Source: Massalongia carnosa (Eukaryota). Taken from it: a stretch of 64,000 nt of DNA. A model generated the notes under the pieces. It had not been told where the DNA came from and did not search any database. It worked only from the letters and a program-made list of their open reading frames with translations. The translations under genes were made by a program, and so were the position numbers. The stretch lies in assembly GCA_965645245.1 (NCBI GenBank), contig OZ287074.1:310001-374000 (forward strand). The letters run 5' to 3'. Position 1 is the stretch's first letter; each line of letters begins with the position of its first letter. Shown piece by piece: positions 24,455-36,649 of the stretch.

Positions 24455-26409
24455 ACCGTGCGACCGAGGTAAATCCGATGGACCGCACCCGGAGCTACGC
24501 TCCAGGTGCGGCTCACCTCCATGACGCTATCATCTCCATGACGCATTTCTCAAACTCTTTACATTATATCCATTGATTGACCCTTTCAAAATGAAGCTAT
24601 TCAAAATCAAAGGCTGACGTTCATCTATCCAGCTTTCGGCCTTTTTACCCACCAAGCCAAACCGTTTAGCTATCGCTTTTCCATAGAGAAATATTTTCTT
24701 TTGTCTAGCCGTCTCAGCACGCTTTTGACGACCCTCCTCCCTTTCCACCTCTTCTTGGGTACGATGTAGGTGATTGTGCCTCACATCTCGAACGGTAACG
24801 ATTCCTCCCTTCTGAACAACGGTACCAGCAAGCTTTTTTCGGGCCCTTTTAGCTAATGCAGCTGTGTGTGTGGCTTGCAAGTCGCGTTGCGTCAATTCTA
24901 CGGAGTAGTAAATTAGCGTTTGCAACCGACCCTTTGATAAAACGTCGCATTCTTTCTGGAGTAATTTCTTTATTATTATTCATTCGCTGAATAATGTTTT
25001 CCCCTTCCTTAGCAACGTCTTTGGGCTTTTTGGGGTATGAGGTAGGATTATTGTCTCCGAAGATGATATTGGTAGTGGTAGTAATGCCGGATTTAAAGCA
25101 CGAATTTTGGTCAAGACTACCTCCGGATTGTAAGGTATCAACCCAGTTTTTTCCCAGGCTGATTTGATAGTAGATGATTTGAATGCCTTTGTACAAAATT
25201 GATTGAATGCGGCCAGAAAATCCAGACGATTGAAGTCAACGTCACCCAACCGAATGGCGTTGTCAACCGCTTCAGCATGATAATGTTTCATTGGCTGAAA
25301 AACACCAACGTCCAATGGCTGCGTCAAATGGGTTGAATGGGGGGGGGGGGTAATCTGAATAAACAGATATTATTTTCTTTCGAATATTCCCAAAATTCAT
25401 ACGTTAGATGAGATCCATATCCATCCAAAAAAAGAAGCCTAAACGCTCCTTTTTGAACCTTTTTTGAATGAGCATTAAAATGCTTTAACCACTCTAATGC
25501 TAGACAATCATTCGAATAGCCGCTATCGCTTGTAGTCAACACGATATCATCTTTCAAATCATTCTCTAAGGCCCATTTGTGAAGTATGTTGACCCCTTTC
25601 AAAATCAAAAAGGATGGAACGCTTCCGCCAACTCCATTGATGCATTCGACCGAAGTTATATAGTCTCGATTGTCTGGATCAGCGATCATAATTCGTTTAT
25701 GTGATGATAGTGTCACCACCAAATGGGTTACCCCACAGCCAACTCGAAAGCCTGTCTCATCCATATTCCATATATCATCTGGAGTTATACCAAGAAGGGC
25801 TACAGTCGATTGAAATGAAGAGAAATAAGTTTAAATATCCGTAACATTGTGAGCGTTTTTCCTTTCGGCTGCTAATGGCTTGCCTTTTTGCATGAAAAAT
25901 TGGGGATTTCTTTTCAAGAATCGTCCGGTCCAGCATTTTCCTACGCGGGTGAGAGAAGTTGAAGACGAGGAAGGATGTTGCAATTGCAACAAATAATTAG
26001 CTGCACCGCGAATCAATGGCAATCTTATTGATAATTCAATATCATCAAAAAATTCAATATACTCCTTCAGGGCTAGTTCTAGTGCAGCAGACAGCCTCAT
26101 ATTGACTGCTTTTCGCTTGCTATATCCATGTAGTCTTCTTTGAAATAGACGAGGTGAAATATCGAATTCTTTGGCACAGGCTGCGGCTGATTTGTATGTG
26201 TTCTTTGCAAATGCATCTAAGGCCTTTGCAATGTTAGCCTCTCGTTTCTTGTACGAATCAGACATGATGTGGTTGAATAATAAATGGTTGATGATAGATG
26301 ATAGAAATTTTTTAAAAATGCGTCATGGAGATGATAGCGTCATGGAGGTGAGCCGCACCCCGAGCGGAGCTCGGGATGCGGTCCATCGGATTTACCTCGG
26401 TCGCACGGT
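24455..26409 (-). mobile_element. pogo/Fot1-family DNA transposon, degenerate
   Basis: About 94-bp TIRs (ACCGTGCGACCGAGG... 24455-24548 / 26316-26409) flanked by TA on both sides (24453-54, 26410-11). Confidence 0.95.
24530..26265 (-). pseudogene. Disrupted pogo/Fot1 transposase (DDE_1 + CENP-B-type HTH)
   Basis: NMDETGF, LFLDGYGSH, QPLDVGVF motifs; in-frame TAA at 25831-33, frameshift at the poly-G near 25339-25350 and further shifts near 24910-24980. Confidence 0.9.
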
Positions 26410-26497
26410 TAGGGCAAGTAGATTAGGTCCTGACCTTGAACCGCTAAACAACATGGCATCACAATCAGCTTAACTGCAATCCCACCAATTCCAAACG

Positions 26498-29352
26498 ATG
26501 GTGACAACTAGAGGGCGGCAGCCGATATCAATAACAACAACAATAACATCAACTGCCGTAAAGAACACTCCATTAGATGATGCGCCTGTACTTTTCGGTA
26601 GGTCAGGAGTGCTTCTGCTCTGGTCGTAGTATTTCACATCGATTTTATCTAGTCATCGCGCGACAACCATTGATGATTTTGTTGAAGTCGATATTGATGC
26701 TAAGACCACATTTCTCTTTTCTAGGAGGGTCCATACACCCAGACACTGATTTGTACGACGACCGCCTAGAGACTATCGGATCACGACTGCGCAAAAGACG
26801 CCGTACTGAGCAACCTCCTAGTACAGGCTTAGTCCGCTCGTCAAAAAGGTCAACACCCAAGACTATAGGATTGCCTACTAGCAAGCAAACACAGACTAGC
26901 GTTGATTCCAAAGAATCTGCATACAGTATTTCTTCTCATTCGCCCTATATTACTCCATATAGCTCGTCCGACACGCTCCCAGCTCATTCAGTGGAACCGA
27001 CCCAGAGTAGCAATCACCATTTTGCCGCAGTAGATGACCCGAGAATAAATGGAGTTACAGGAGCGGTATCGGAAGTGGCTGAAGATCCAGCTTTGCCTGA
27101 AACCATATCGCAATCTCAGCTACCTATGTCCATAACAGCGGTCAGTCCCGATCTTGCGACTCTCATTCGTGAAATTGTTGAGCACGGCGAGGCGATTGAC
27201 CGGAGCTATGGCGAAATGGGCCATGTGGATACAGAGAGCTTCGTACTTCTAGGCGCAAGTCTGCACCTCAAGACTCAATGCCTACCAATCTTGGATAATC
27301 TAGTAAACATCCTGCAGAACTTGGTGACATCATAGCTAACATGCTCAGGCAACCCAAATACTCAATACTCTGGCAAAGTCCACATATATTGAGATTCTTA
27401 ATATGGCCACAAACCCCGACTCGGAAGCAGGACAAGCCTATACCTCATTGAAATCGCTCTTCAACCATACCAAGAAAGTCTACTCCATTGAAGAACATTT
27501 CCTTTCCCCATTCAGGTTGGGCTTGACCGAGATTGCACATTTCGATACAATCCGCAAGGCGAATATGGCTACATTCGTTTCAAGTGTATTTGGTAGTCAG
27601 GATGTCGGATTTTACTATTTAAACGAATACTTCCTCGAAACCTTTGTAGCTGATGGAAATCGCCTCTTGAAGAGTCAGGGTCAGCTATTTCTTGATCTCA
27701 AGACCCATGCGTACATATCCGCATCATCAAGTGGACAGCATTCACGAGAAGAGCTCTTGGAGGATCTGTTTCCGGATAATCTAGAGGAGCGCATTTTAAG
27801 CCGTAGACTTGGCGCGAAGCAACTTGCTCCAAGCGAGGCCGATTTCCTCAAGCGTGCACGTAATCGAAGCTTGTCATTACTAGCTGACTCTCAGACAGAA
27901 GAAGCCGTTGCAGCATTGCCAGAGAAATACATTTGGGAGGACTTTTTGAGGGATATCCGTGCTTATCTGATCAAAAACTTTGCTGACATTACCGGCATAC
28001 CTGTAAGCCTTGCTCCTAGGGCTACCGTGGGTTACCTGACTGATTCAAACATTGGATGCTAGACTCGGGCTTCTCCACGTTCAAGCCGAGCTTCGAATTT
28101 CTTTGTTACAGATCTGCAACCACCACAGCAGCCGCAACAATCGCGTCAGGCGTCGCAATACTATAATGCTCAACCCATTCAACAAACAAGTGAGCAGGAA
28201 TTCCCGCTGGACCGAGATCGAGTTCCAACACAGATGCCTCCAGAACAATGCCAAATCTTTACAGAGACCGACGATATCGCAGAAAAGGCAGCCCGTGCTG
28301 CGCAGTTCGCCATCCAAGGCTTCGATATGAATCAGGCTGCAGTAGCGCCGCATTCACAAATGCAAAATCATATAGATCAGCATATACAGCTGCAGCCTCA
28401 ACAATTTCAATATCACTTCGAGCACCAGGCCCCAACCCCTCATTACTTCCAGCAGGCTCAATATTACCAAGACCAGCAGATGCAGAATCAAATTGATCAG
28501 CAACCTATCAATATCTCTCACCAACACCAAGTGTATGCCGATCAAAACGCGATCCCCTACCATACTCAATCAGCGCCTACTAAAGATTTATACGCCCGCG
28601 CCCGCGCGGCAGCGTCGGCTAAGGCTTCCCCTACAAGCCGGAGGGCTGGGCACCCGAGCCAGCGACGTCCGTGGACGACAGATGAAGAGAACGCACTCAT
28701 GCAAGGTCTCGACTGCGTCAAAGGCCCGCACTGGAGTCAAATCTTAGCAATGTTCGGTCCAGGGGGAACTATTAATGAGATTCTAAAAGATCGTAATCAG
28801 GTCCAACTCAAGGACAAGGCCCGGAATCTGAAGTTATTCTTTCTTAAAAGTCAGATTGAGGTGCCTTACTACCTTTCATTCGTGACTGGCGAGCTCAAAA
28901 CGAGGGCTCCTGCCCAAGCAGCAAAGAACGAAGCGAAAGACAAAGAGAAGCTTAGCGAAGACCGCGCACACGTTGAGGGAGTGATGACCTTAGCCAGGGG
29001 GTTGATATCAGATGGAGAAGGTACAGTTGGGACGGAGAATGGGGCGGACGAGTGTTATAAGAATGAAGGGGATGAAAGTTTTAGAAGCGAAGTGCCAGAT
29101 GAAACAGACGGGCTGGAGAGTCAAGCTGATGAGCATTTTGATGATGACGAACTCTCAGGGGACAACTCGGAAGTTGAACCGTCTCTTGGGGGTAAAGGAT
29201 ACCTTGCAGAGCAGCCTTTGCCTTATGCAAACATATCGCAAGTTAACGGGGATAATGTCTATACTAATGGGCTGCTGCAGGCCGTCCAGCTTGAGGCTAA
29301 CAAACTGACAGTCACTGAACCCGCTATGCTTGGACAAATCGGTGCTACTTAA
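26498..29352 (+). CDS. TBF1: Telomere-repeat-binding Myb protein (Tbf1/TRF-like)
   Basis: TRF-like domain ([27 protein letters not shown]) and telobox Myb ([16 protein letters not shown]...[17 protein letters not shown]). First exon inferred from ATG 26498 spliced to 26725. Confidence 0.88.
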
Positions 29353-30106
29353 GAGCTCCTCCGTATCGCTGGAGAAAACAATTCGACCTGGTGGACTCTA
29401 TTAGGATCACCTTTTTCTTCCTAATTTCCGCTAATTATGCTATAAATTTATTTGCGTGCAACGGCACAAAGATGCAAATAGTGTCGTGTGCCTTGCCGGA
29501 ATCTCATCGAATTTCCACCTTAGGTGCCTCAGGCGGTTGGTACCTTGAAAAGCAATTCTTCATTCATGACGGATCGGAAGACCAGCTTATTTGTTGGGTC
29601 ATTCTTTCTCTCTCGGCACATGCCTTTAATAAAGACATGATGTCCGTACTTTACGAGGAGCCATTCCTCCGCTTGTTTTCCCAGTTTCTCAGACGATACC
29701 AGGTTCTTGTGGCATGGCAACAGGCTGTACGATAGCTTGGAGATGTTATAGATATGATGCTTATGCTGCGATGAGAGGCTTTGGGAGCTATAAAACTTGG
29801 CTGATATGGCCCTTTATGTTTGTAGGCTGGTTAGAGTAAAAGCTAGCTTCTGTAGATGAAGCTGTTGTCATGCACCAGAAATTTGGAGAAGCTCCGTGAG
29901 ATCTGCACTTTACCATGCAATACCTTATAAATCACACTGTTTCATCGAGTCCGTCCCCTGCCGGTTCAGCCCCTCTGAGCTCCCACTTTCCGCCCATCCA
30001 AGCCTAACAAAAGCACCTTCAACGCCCATTTGATCCCTTGACTGGCGCCATATAATCAACCAATGAAATGGCCCTCCTCAAGCCTACATACGCCTATCCC
30101 ATAATC

Positions 30107-30867
30107 CTACCGATAAAACTCCCCCCTCCTGACATTAACCCCATATTCTCCGACCGCGCAGCCAAGATCCTCCATCGTCAATACCGCCCTCCCTTGACCA
30201 CCTCCTCCACCTCCGCCGCCAAAGCCAGCTCTCTGCACTCCAAGTACATGCGCCCCACCCTTGCCCTTCTCCTCTCTCGCCTGCTGCTGCTGCTGTGTCT
30301 GCTGTGCCGCGCCCTGCAAGCCCGTAGCGGCTCCTACAGCTGCAGCGGCCGCAGCGGATGCAGAAGGTACCGAGGAACCCGAAGCCGAGGAGCGCATCCG
30401 TGAATACTGATAGGCATCGGCGGCGATATCGGCGATGAACTTCTGGGTGGCGAGCGCTAATAGGCGGGAGAGGGGCAACGGAGTACTGGCCGGGGGAAGG
30501 CCAGCTAAGGTGAGGTGGTATTGAGTCACAGCGTCAGGGATCTAGAACGGAACGGGCAACTTAGTTAATCGGTCTATCTTTTGGGGAGAGAATGGTAAAG
30601 TGAAGCAGGACGGGTGGGTGGGGCACGTACTATGGGAGCGTAGTCGTCCATTTTGGAGAGGAACTCTCGGAGTGAGACATCCTTTCGAGTTGGAACGCGG
30701 GGTTCTGGAGGGGGTTCGACAATAGTGTTTTCGTGGTTGGGCGCCGGTTCGATGGCCATATCAATGTCGGGGTCAAGTGTTGGATCGATGGATTCGTTAG
30801 ACGGGGTGGGATTGAAAGTGGAGGTGTTCTGAGCTGATGAGGTGAAATCAAGGTCCGCCATTTGCAT
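30107..30867 (-). CDS. TAF10: TFIID/SAGA subunit Taf10
   Basis: [15 protein letters not shown] / [10 protein letters not shown]...[23 protein letters not shown]...VLTMEDL; one intron approx. 30543-30630. Confidence 0.95.
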
Positions 30868-31336
30868 GGAGTTGATTTGACGGGGTTGATGGAGGATGAT
30901 GATGAAGAGCTATACGCACAGAATGAATTGATGATCATGAACGGTCCATATGAAGAATTTAATTCAGGGTACTCTGCACTCCGTAAAAAAGTTCGCCTTG
31001 TAGGGCTGATTGCCTTTTGTTGTCAGCCCAACAGGCGCTGTCCAGTATTGACCTTCACCCTTGCAAACAACTTGTCATCGATCCTTATACAAAAGTACCG
31101 AGTAGCAAACAGGCAGGAAACGATCAGCTTTGGGTGACTGTGTGAATCATACCTGAGTGATCATGGATTTTGTCTTCACCTGGATGGTACTTCCTCCATC
31201 CTTCGCACCCGCAATGCGCTCACGGTGGATCATCGGAGAATCAGACTAACTAGACTTCAGCGCCTGGTTAGAGGCCTCGCTGCAACTGAAACTTTCGCTC
31301 CCAAATTGTTACCATTTCGACTTCCTCTCCAGCAAG

Positions 31337-33502
31337 ATGCCTCCTACCTTCACTAAGCGCGCGACGTCTCCCCTACACTTCGAGCCACTCAGACCCCCAC
31401 CTGAAGATATTCTTTGCTATGGTTCGGATGACGAGGAAACCCCAGAGGGGCACAGAGACAAGCGACGGCGAATAGAAGCACAGGGACAACAGTACTTGCG
31501 AAGGGGACGGTTATTCATCCTCTCCGCAAGTCTTCGTGGGCCTTTAGATGAAGGATGGGTCAACCCCTGGGCAAGGAGAAAACGAGGCCGCAAAGGGCTT
31601 GAAATTGGGACGATCCCCAAGGAACCCAGGGTGATGATTGAAGATTCCACGAGGAAGACAGACATAGCAGTTCGACAACCAGTCTTGAAGCAATTACCTG
31701 TGTATTCCGCTGCAGATACTATTTCACCAGGCATCTTAACCTTAGAAAGTAAGCCGCAAGTTAAACGCCTTGCTAGGCTTAACAAACAAGATAGTGTATC
31801 TGCAGATGTATCACGGCCAGGTCAAGGCTCTATAGCGTTTCCTCTCACTTTAAATGAATATGAGAGCTGGAACGAAAGGGGACTTGCTCCGGGAACCAAA
31901 ACCTCCCGCGGACCCCAGCAAAATTGGTTGAAGTCGGAAAACATTGTTTTCGAAAAGCGCGCACAGAGACTATCTAGACACTCCACACCGACTCCTATTT
32001 CCAAGCCACCAGATCAGGTACTTCCAATTTTCTGGACGCCAGTTGATCATACATCTGGATTATCGCCACCTCATCCCACTACAAATGTCACAATAGAAAC
32101 TCTATTGAAAAACACCTCCAACTTTGGCTTCACGCCTGTCAACGAGCGCCAAACTGAAAAAGATCAAGAGGCTCTCGTGACGAATGGCAACTCTAAAGCA
32201 CGGCGGAACTCACCGCCAAAAAAGACCGTTCACAAAACAAAAATCCCAACAACAGCTCAAACCATACAAGAAAGAAACTGTAGAGCTAAGCGACTCTCTG
32301 AAGAAGCTGCTGAACAGACTAAAGCAAAAGACGAAGCGGGAAGGCCAACTCATCAAGCCGTTTCAGGGGCCCTAGATCGTTCATCAAGCATTGATACACC
32401 TTCTACCTTACCGCATGAGTCTAATAACGCACTCTGCCACGTTAGGAGACTCAGTTTCACTGCATCAGGAAACGTAAAAGACTCTAAGTTCAAACCGCGG
32501 AAGCTAACACGCAAAAAAGTCTCTTCATGTGGCTCCTCACCTGAAGGGCTTAGTTGCGGGACCTTGCCACCCTCTCTAGGAGTTTCGACTAGCGGTGAGC
32601 CATCTCGTGATGTCAATGAGCAGCCTGAAGCGCAGATTGTGATAGCAGATCCGATTGGAGCCGGCTTGCTACTATCTGGCCCATCAACGAATCTATTGGA
32701 GACTGATAAGCAACCACCGAATTTCGCAAGCATAGAAGAAGGCGACTCCTACGCCAATCTTTCCACTCAAGCCGCGATTCTGAAAGCTCAGCGCTACTTT
32801 CAAAACGACGTGATCTCACCCTTGAAAAGCTCTTCTCAAGGCCAGCAAATTCAAGAAGCTGTGTCGGAGGTCAGTCCAACGGCCAAAAAAGCAACCAAAC
32901 CAATAAGCACACCCCGTCCAGCCTCCCAAGGCCTATCAGCTTATGCAAAATCCCTAACGCCTGGCAAAAATGAGGCCGAGCTTATGAGCACCCAAGCCAT
33001 GGTCGAGGCCATGAGCCCCTTCGCCATAACGACGGTTAAGAAGCAAAAACGGACCAGCTTCGCCCTCTCTTCCACTTCCCCAACCGCAGCTCCCTTCCCG
33101 CCCCACTCCTTTTCCATGGCTACAACCCCCACTCATACCCCCCCAGCGGCCTTCACCCAGCGCAGCATCCCTGCTCCAGCTAATTTGTCCCGAACTAACT
33201 CTAACCTTCTTTCCCCCTCCTTACCCGTAACATTGTCCTCCATCGCCCCCATCGGCAGCCTCGCGGCCGATGCGTACCAGCACGACGGCCAACAGCAGCA
33301 GCCGCCGCCATCGCGATACTTTGATGCAAGCGGCTGGGATCTCGACGTCGCGATCGAAGAGGCTGAGCAATTCCTTGGGAGTTGGGATGTTGAGACTGAG
33401 GCCAGGAAGGAAGGACGCATGGCGTCAGGACGGGGTGTGGACGCCCATCAGGATAGCGGGGTGGGGCGAGAGGAAAGGACGAAAGGGATGTTGTCCGGTT
33501 GA
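31337..33502 (+). CDS. Conserved fungal hypothetical protein (S/P/T-rich)
   Basis: 721-aa uninterrupted ORF with LFILSASLRGPLDEGWVNPW, LSTQAA and C-terminal FLGSWDVE motifs. Confidence 0.75.
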   Translation: MPPTFTKRATSPLHFEPLRPPPEDILCYGSDDEETPEGHRDKRRRIEAQGQQYLRRGRLFILSASLRGPLDEGWVNPWARRKRGRKGLEIGTIPKEPRVMIEDSTRKTDIAVRQPVLKQLPVYSAADTISPGILTLESKPQVKRLARLNKQDSVSADVSRPGQGSIAFPLTLNEYESWNERGLAPGTKTSRGPQQNWLKSENIVFEKRAQRLSRHSTPTPISKPPDQVLPIFWTPVDHTSGLSPPHPTTNVTIETLLKNTSNFGFTPVNERQTEKDQEALVTNGNSKARRNSPPKKTVHKTKIPTTAQTIQERNCRAKRLSEEAAEQTKAKDEAGRPTHQAVSGALDRSSSIDTPSTLPHESNNALCHVRRLSFTASGNVKDSKFKPRKLTRKKVSSCGSSPEGLSCGTLPPSLGVSTSGEPSRDVNEQPEAQIVIADPIGAGLLLSGPSTNLLETDKQPPNFASIEEGDSYANLSTQAAILKAQRYFQNDVISPLKSSSQGQQIQEAVSEVSPTAKKATKPISTPRPASQGLSAYAKSLTPGKNEAELMSTQAMVEAMSPFAITTVKKQKRTSFALSSTSPTAAPFPPHSFSMATTPTHTPPAAFTQRSIPAPANLSRTNSNLLSPSLPVTLSSIAPIGSLAADAYQHDGQQQQPPPSRYFDASGWDLDVAIEEAEQFLGSWDVETEARKEGRMASGRGVDAHQDSGVGREERTKGMLSG

Positions 33503-34164
33503 GAATGAGTTGACGGAACCAAGGTGGTTATATATGTTGATTTTGACTGTGCGGCCGAACGATTGGTGCGTTAGGGAATGATGGCCGCTCACTTTTCCGC
33601 TTTGGCTACCTCACGCGACGACCAACAACCCCCTCACCCCCCGCTCAGGAGGGGTTGTTGGGCGGAAACTGTGGGGATGCTCGTATATAACAGCTCAATC
33701 GATGGATCTCTCTCTGCAAGCTACGAAGGGGTTGGGAAATGGTTCAAAAATCCCCTCGAGAGCTTCGGCGCTACCGAGTTAAATAAACCAATTCGTTTCT
33801 CATCTTGTCAGGCTTGTACTCCATGGGAAGATGCTCCGCAGCTTGGGGCGGGGGGGTGGGGGTCTACGGCCGCTGCTCGAAATGTTGTGGAAACCCCTCT
33901 TCCTGCTTGCATGCATGGATTGTGTGATTAAAGGTTTTATTTGCATTAGTCTGGAAAAATAAACCATATGCTGCGAGTTCTCTCGCTCGATACTTAGACG
34001 CAAATAACGTACATGCCAAGAACACGGCTACAAAAAAGAAACCCTTCCCTCCAAAATCTTCGCTATGCAATGCCATTCTCTATCTCCCGTTATCAGTCCC
34101 ATCAGCCATAATTACTCGGATAACTCTCAGCTAGATCTTTTACTCCACCTTCACCTTTTCTTCC

Positions 34165-35963
34165 TCAAACCACAGTCCCTCGCCTCCTCCACTTCCTCCA
34201 AACCCAACCCCAGAGCCCCATTGCCACGCAGGAACAAGCTGCCATTGCCCAGAAAGTCGGTCCGTAGCACCGGTACCCATAGCACAGCTTACCCCCTTCC
34301 TTATCCCCACCTTCTTGGATGCGCCTTTGATAAACGGCACTGTAGACGACGCCCCAGACTGCGGCACCGCCGGCGGGCACGAGTGCCACGATGCCGTAGT
34401 TGGTGCCGAAGTTGTGGGGGCCCCAGGCGACGTTGACAATGATGGGAATGATGCTGAAGGTGGCGCCGTAGGCGAGGCCGACAAGGGCGGAGACGAGGGG
34501 AAAGAGCGAGGGGTGGTGCTGAACTAGAGAGGAAGCGAGGATGAGCTGGGAGATAGCGAAGAGAAGAGTGCTAGCGAGGAGGAAGGCAACGCGAGAGATG
34601 GTGTGGCGTTTGCCCGGGTATATACCGCGGTTGGGGGACGAAGCAGGAGCAAGAAGGTCGGAGAGGGAACCGGTGAGAAGGCGTGCGAAGGTGGAGAATA
34701 AAGCGACAATCGAGACATTCAAGGCCGGAGAGTTTGAAGGGGGTGCGGGAGGAGAGGATGGGGGGTAAAGGGTCGAGATAATCGTGCCGAGGTTGTTGAT
34801 GAAGGCTTCGCCGGGGCCGATAACAAGGAAGAAGCCAGCGGCTAGGAGCCACATGGACGAGTCGGCGAGGAAGCGGTGCGTTTCGGTGTTGAAGATGAAG
34901 ACCTCAAGGGCGTCGGCTTTCGGCTTGGGCTCGTTCTTGGCAGAAGAACTAGACAAGCTTGGAAAGGAAAGGGTGCCGTACTCGGCGGTGGAGCTGTCAT
35001 GGAGCGTGGAGCTTCGGAATAGGGGACTCTCCTCCAGAAAACCGCTGCGTTCCAGCTCCTCGACAGCTTCAGCGATGATCTCCTCTTCGTTGACTACCCG
35101 TAGCGCCACCGCTCCGATCAGAGATACGGCGAATAGCAAAGCACTTAAGAATAGGAAGAATCGATAAACATCTACATCCCCCGTTTTCCCCCCTATGCCT
35201 GGCTCGTGCAGCAGTTGACTTCCAACCTGGCTTAGCCATAATCCACTCAGTCCATACGCCGCTATTGGCAATGCCAGCGCCAGTCCCTTATGTTTGCTCG
35301 TCCCAAAATTCTTGGCGCACGTCGTAACGCAGCCTATGACCAAAGTGCAAGTGCCAAGTCCTACTCCAAGGAATGCAATCACCATCACTGCGACCGGCCA
35401 TCCTCCTTCCTCCGGTGGACCGTGCCGGTATGTAAGAGCTGCCAGGAGGTAGCCAAGACCAAAAAAGAAGGCGGCCGCTAGAGACAGCGGGCGAGGGTTG
35501 TAGCGATCGCAGAGATAGCCAGAAATTGGAATGGGGAGGTACTGGGCGAGCGCACCGGCAATCGAGACAGCATTGACCTGAAACTGCGTGTAGTGCAGGC
35601 GGGTGAGAAACAATGGGCCGTAAAGGGAGTAGGTTGTTATGGAGCCTGCGCAGAGGCTGCCGTTTGTCCATCAGTGAGTCAGCACTTCGAGCGATCAGAG
35701 AAGACTTGCCAGCATAGTACCGCACACGCGAAGCTTGTGTACTTTGTGACGCTGTAGTGCATTTTTCGCCGATCACGTTCAATCACGCCGTCGATGACGT
35801 TGCTGAGCAGGCTTTCATCATCTCGAAGAAGACCGCCGGGTCCGGAATGATCGGAGCCATTGTGTGTTGAGGATGGTTTTCTGTGATCATCAAAGTCCAA
35901 TTTGTCGATGTTTGCAATGGCAAAGGCAATAGTAGGGCTGGAGCTCCGTGATCGCATGGCCAT
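34165..35963 (-). CDS. MCH1: MFS transporter Mch1-like
   Basis: CAGSITTYSLYGP after a short intron, GYLCDRYNPR, KHKGLALALPIAAYGLSG, GPGEAFINNLG, WGPHNFGTNYG; multiple TM helices. Confidence 0.85.
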
Positions 35964-36649
35964 TGTTAAACTCTCGATATACTCGATATACTCGATGTAC
36001 GGAGTATGAGGTACAGCATTGAAATATGATGGTGAGAAAAGGTTAGAAACTAGAAATCTATGAATCTAGGACTCTAGGAGGGAAGTGCAAAGCACTTTGG
36101 ATGGAGGTATGGATCCAGAATACATGACGGAAGCGTTAGACCTGCCACGCCTGCCTCTCGGGGGGAGGGAGTAAGTAAGTTACTTTGTACTCTGTGCAGA
36201 GAACACTTAACTCTCTCCTCTAAATAGAATACTAGAATACTCTGGACAGAGTATAGAGCATAGGAACTGTATGTGGAACTTTGAATACGCACCAATCGCC
36301 AGTCACCACTTCTGCACCGGCGACGCTCGGTTCGGAGTCATGGAGGAACGTCGAGCGCTTTCAATGTCGAACAGCCGCTAGAGTGCGTCCCGCAAGTCAA
36401 CGAGGGATCTGATATACTCCGAACCCTGCACGGAGATGTATTCTGCACAGATTGCGAAGGACGTAGGTAGTCAAATGGTATTTACAGCTCTACCATCTAT
36501 AAAACTCTGCTGCACGCCAATTTCGCAGCAAAAAGGTCCGCTCCCGCTCCTCGCTCCCCGCTCCCACCTCCATATCACCCAGATAAAGCCTATACAGCGA
36601 AAAGGCCAAAAAGGCAGATGCTTGTCCCGCGCAGTCAAAGTCTCAGCCA

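Noticed and set aside
25339..25350. Poly-G frameshift as programmed frameshifting in the transposase
   Set aside because: The element has other disabling lesions, and long G/C homopolymers occur elsewhere (10688-10707, 11106-11120, 41078-41089), so slippage or sequencing error is simpler.
33622..33661. 11-bp inverted repeat CCAACAACCCC/GGGGTTGTTGG between convergent genes
   Set aside because: Isolated, low complexity, no TSD or second copy.
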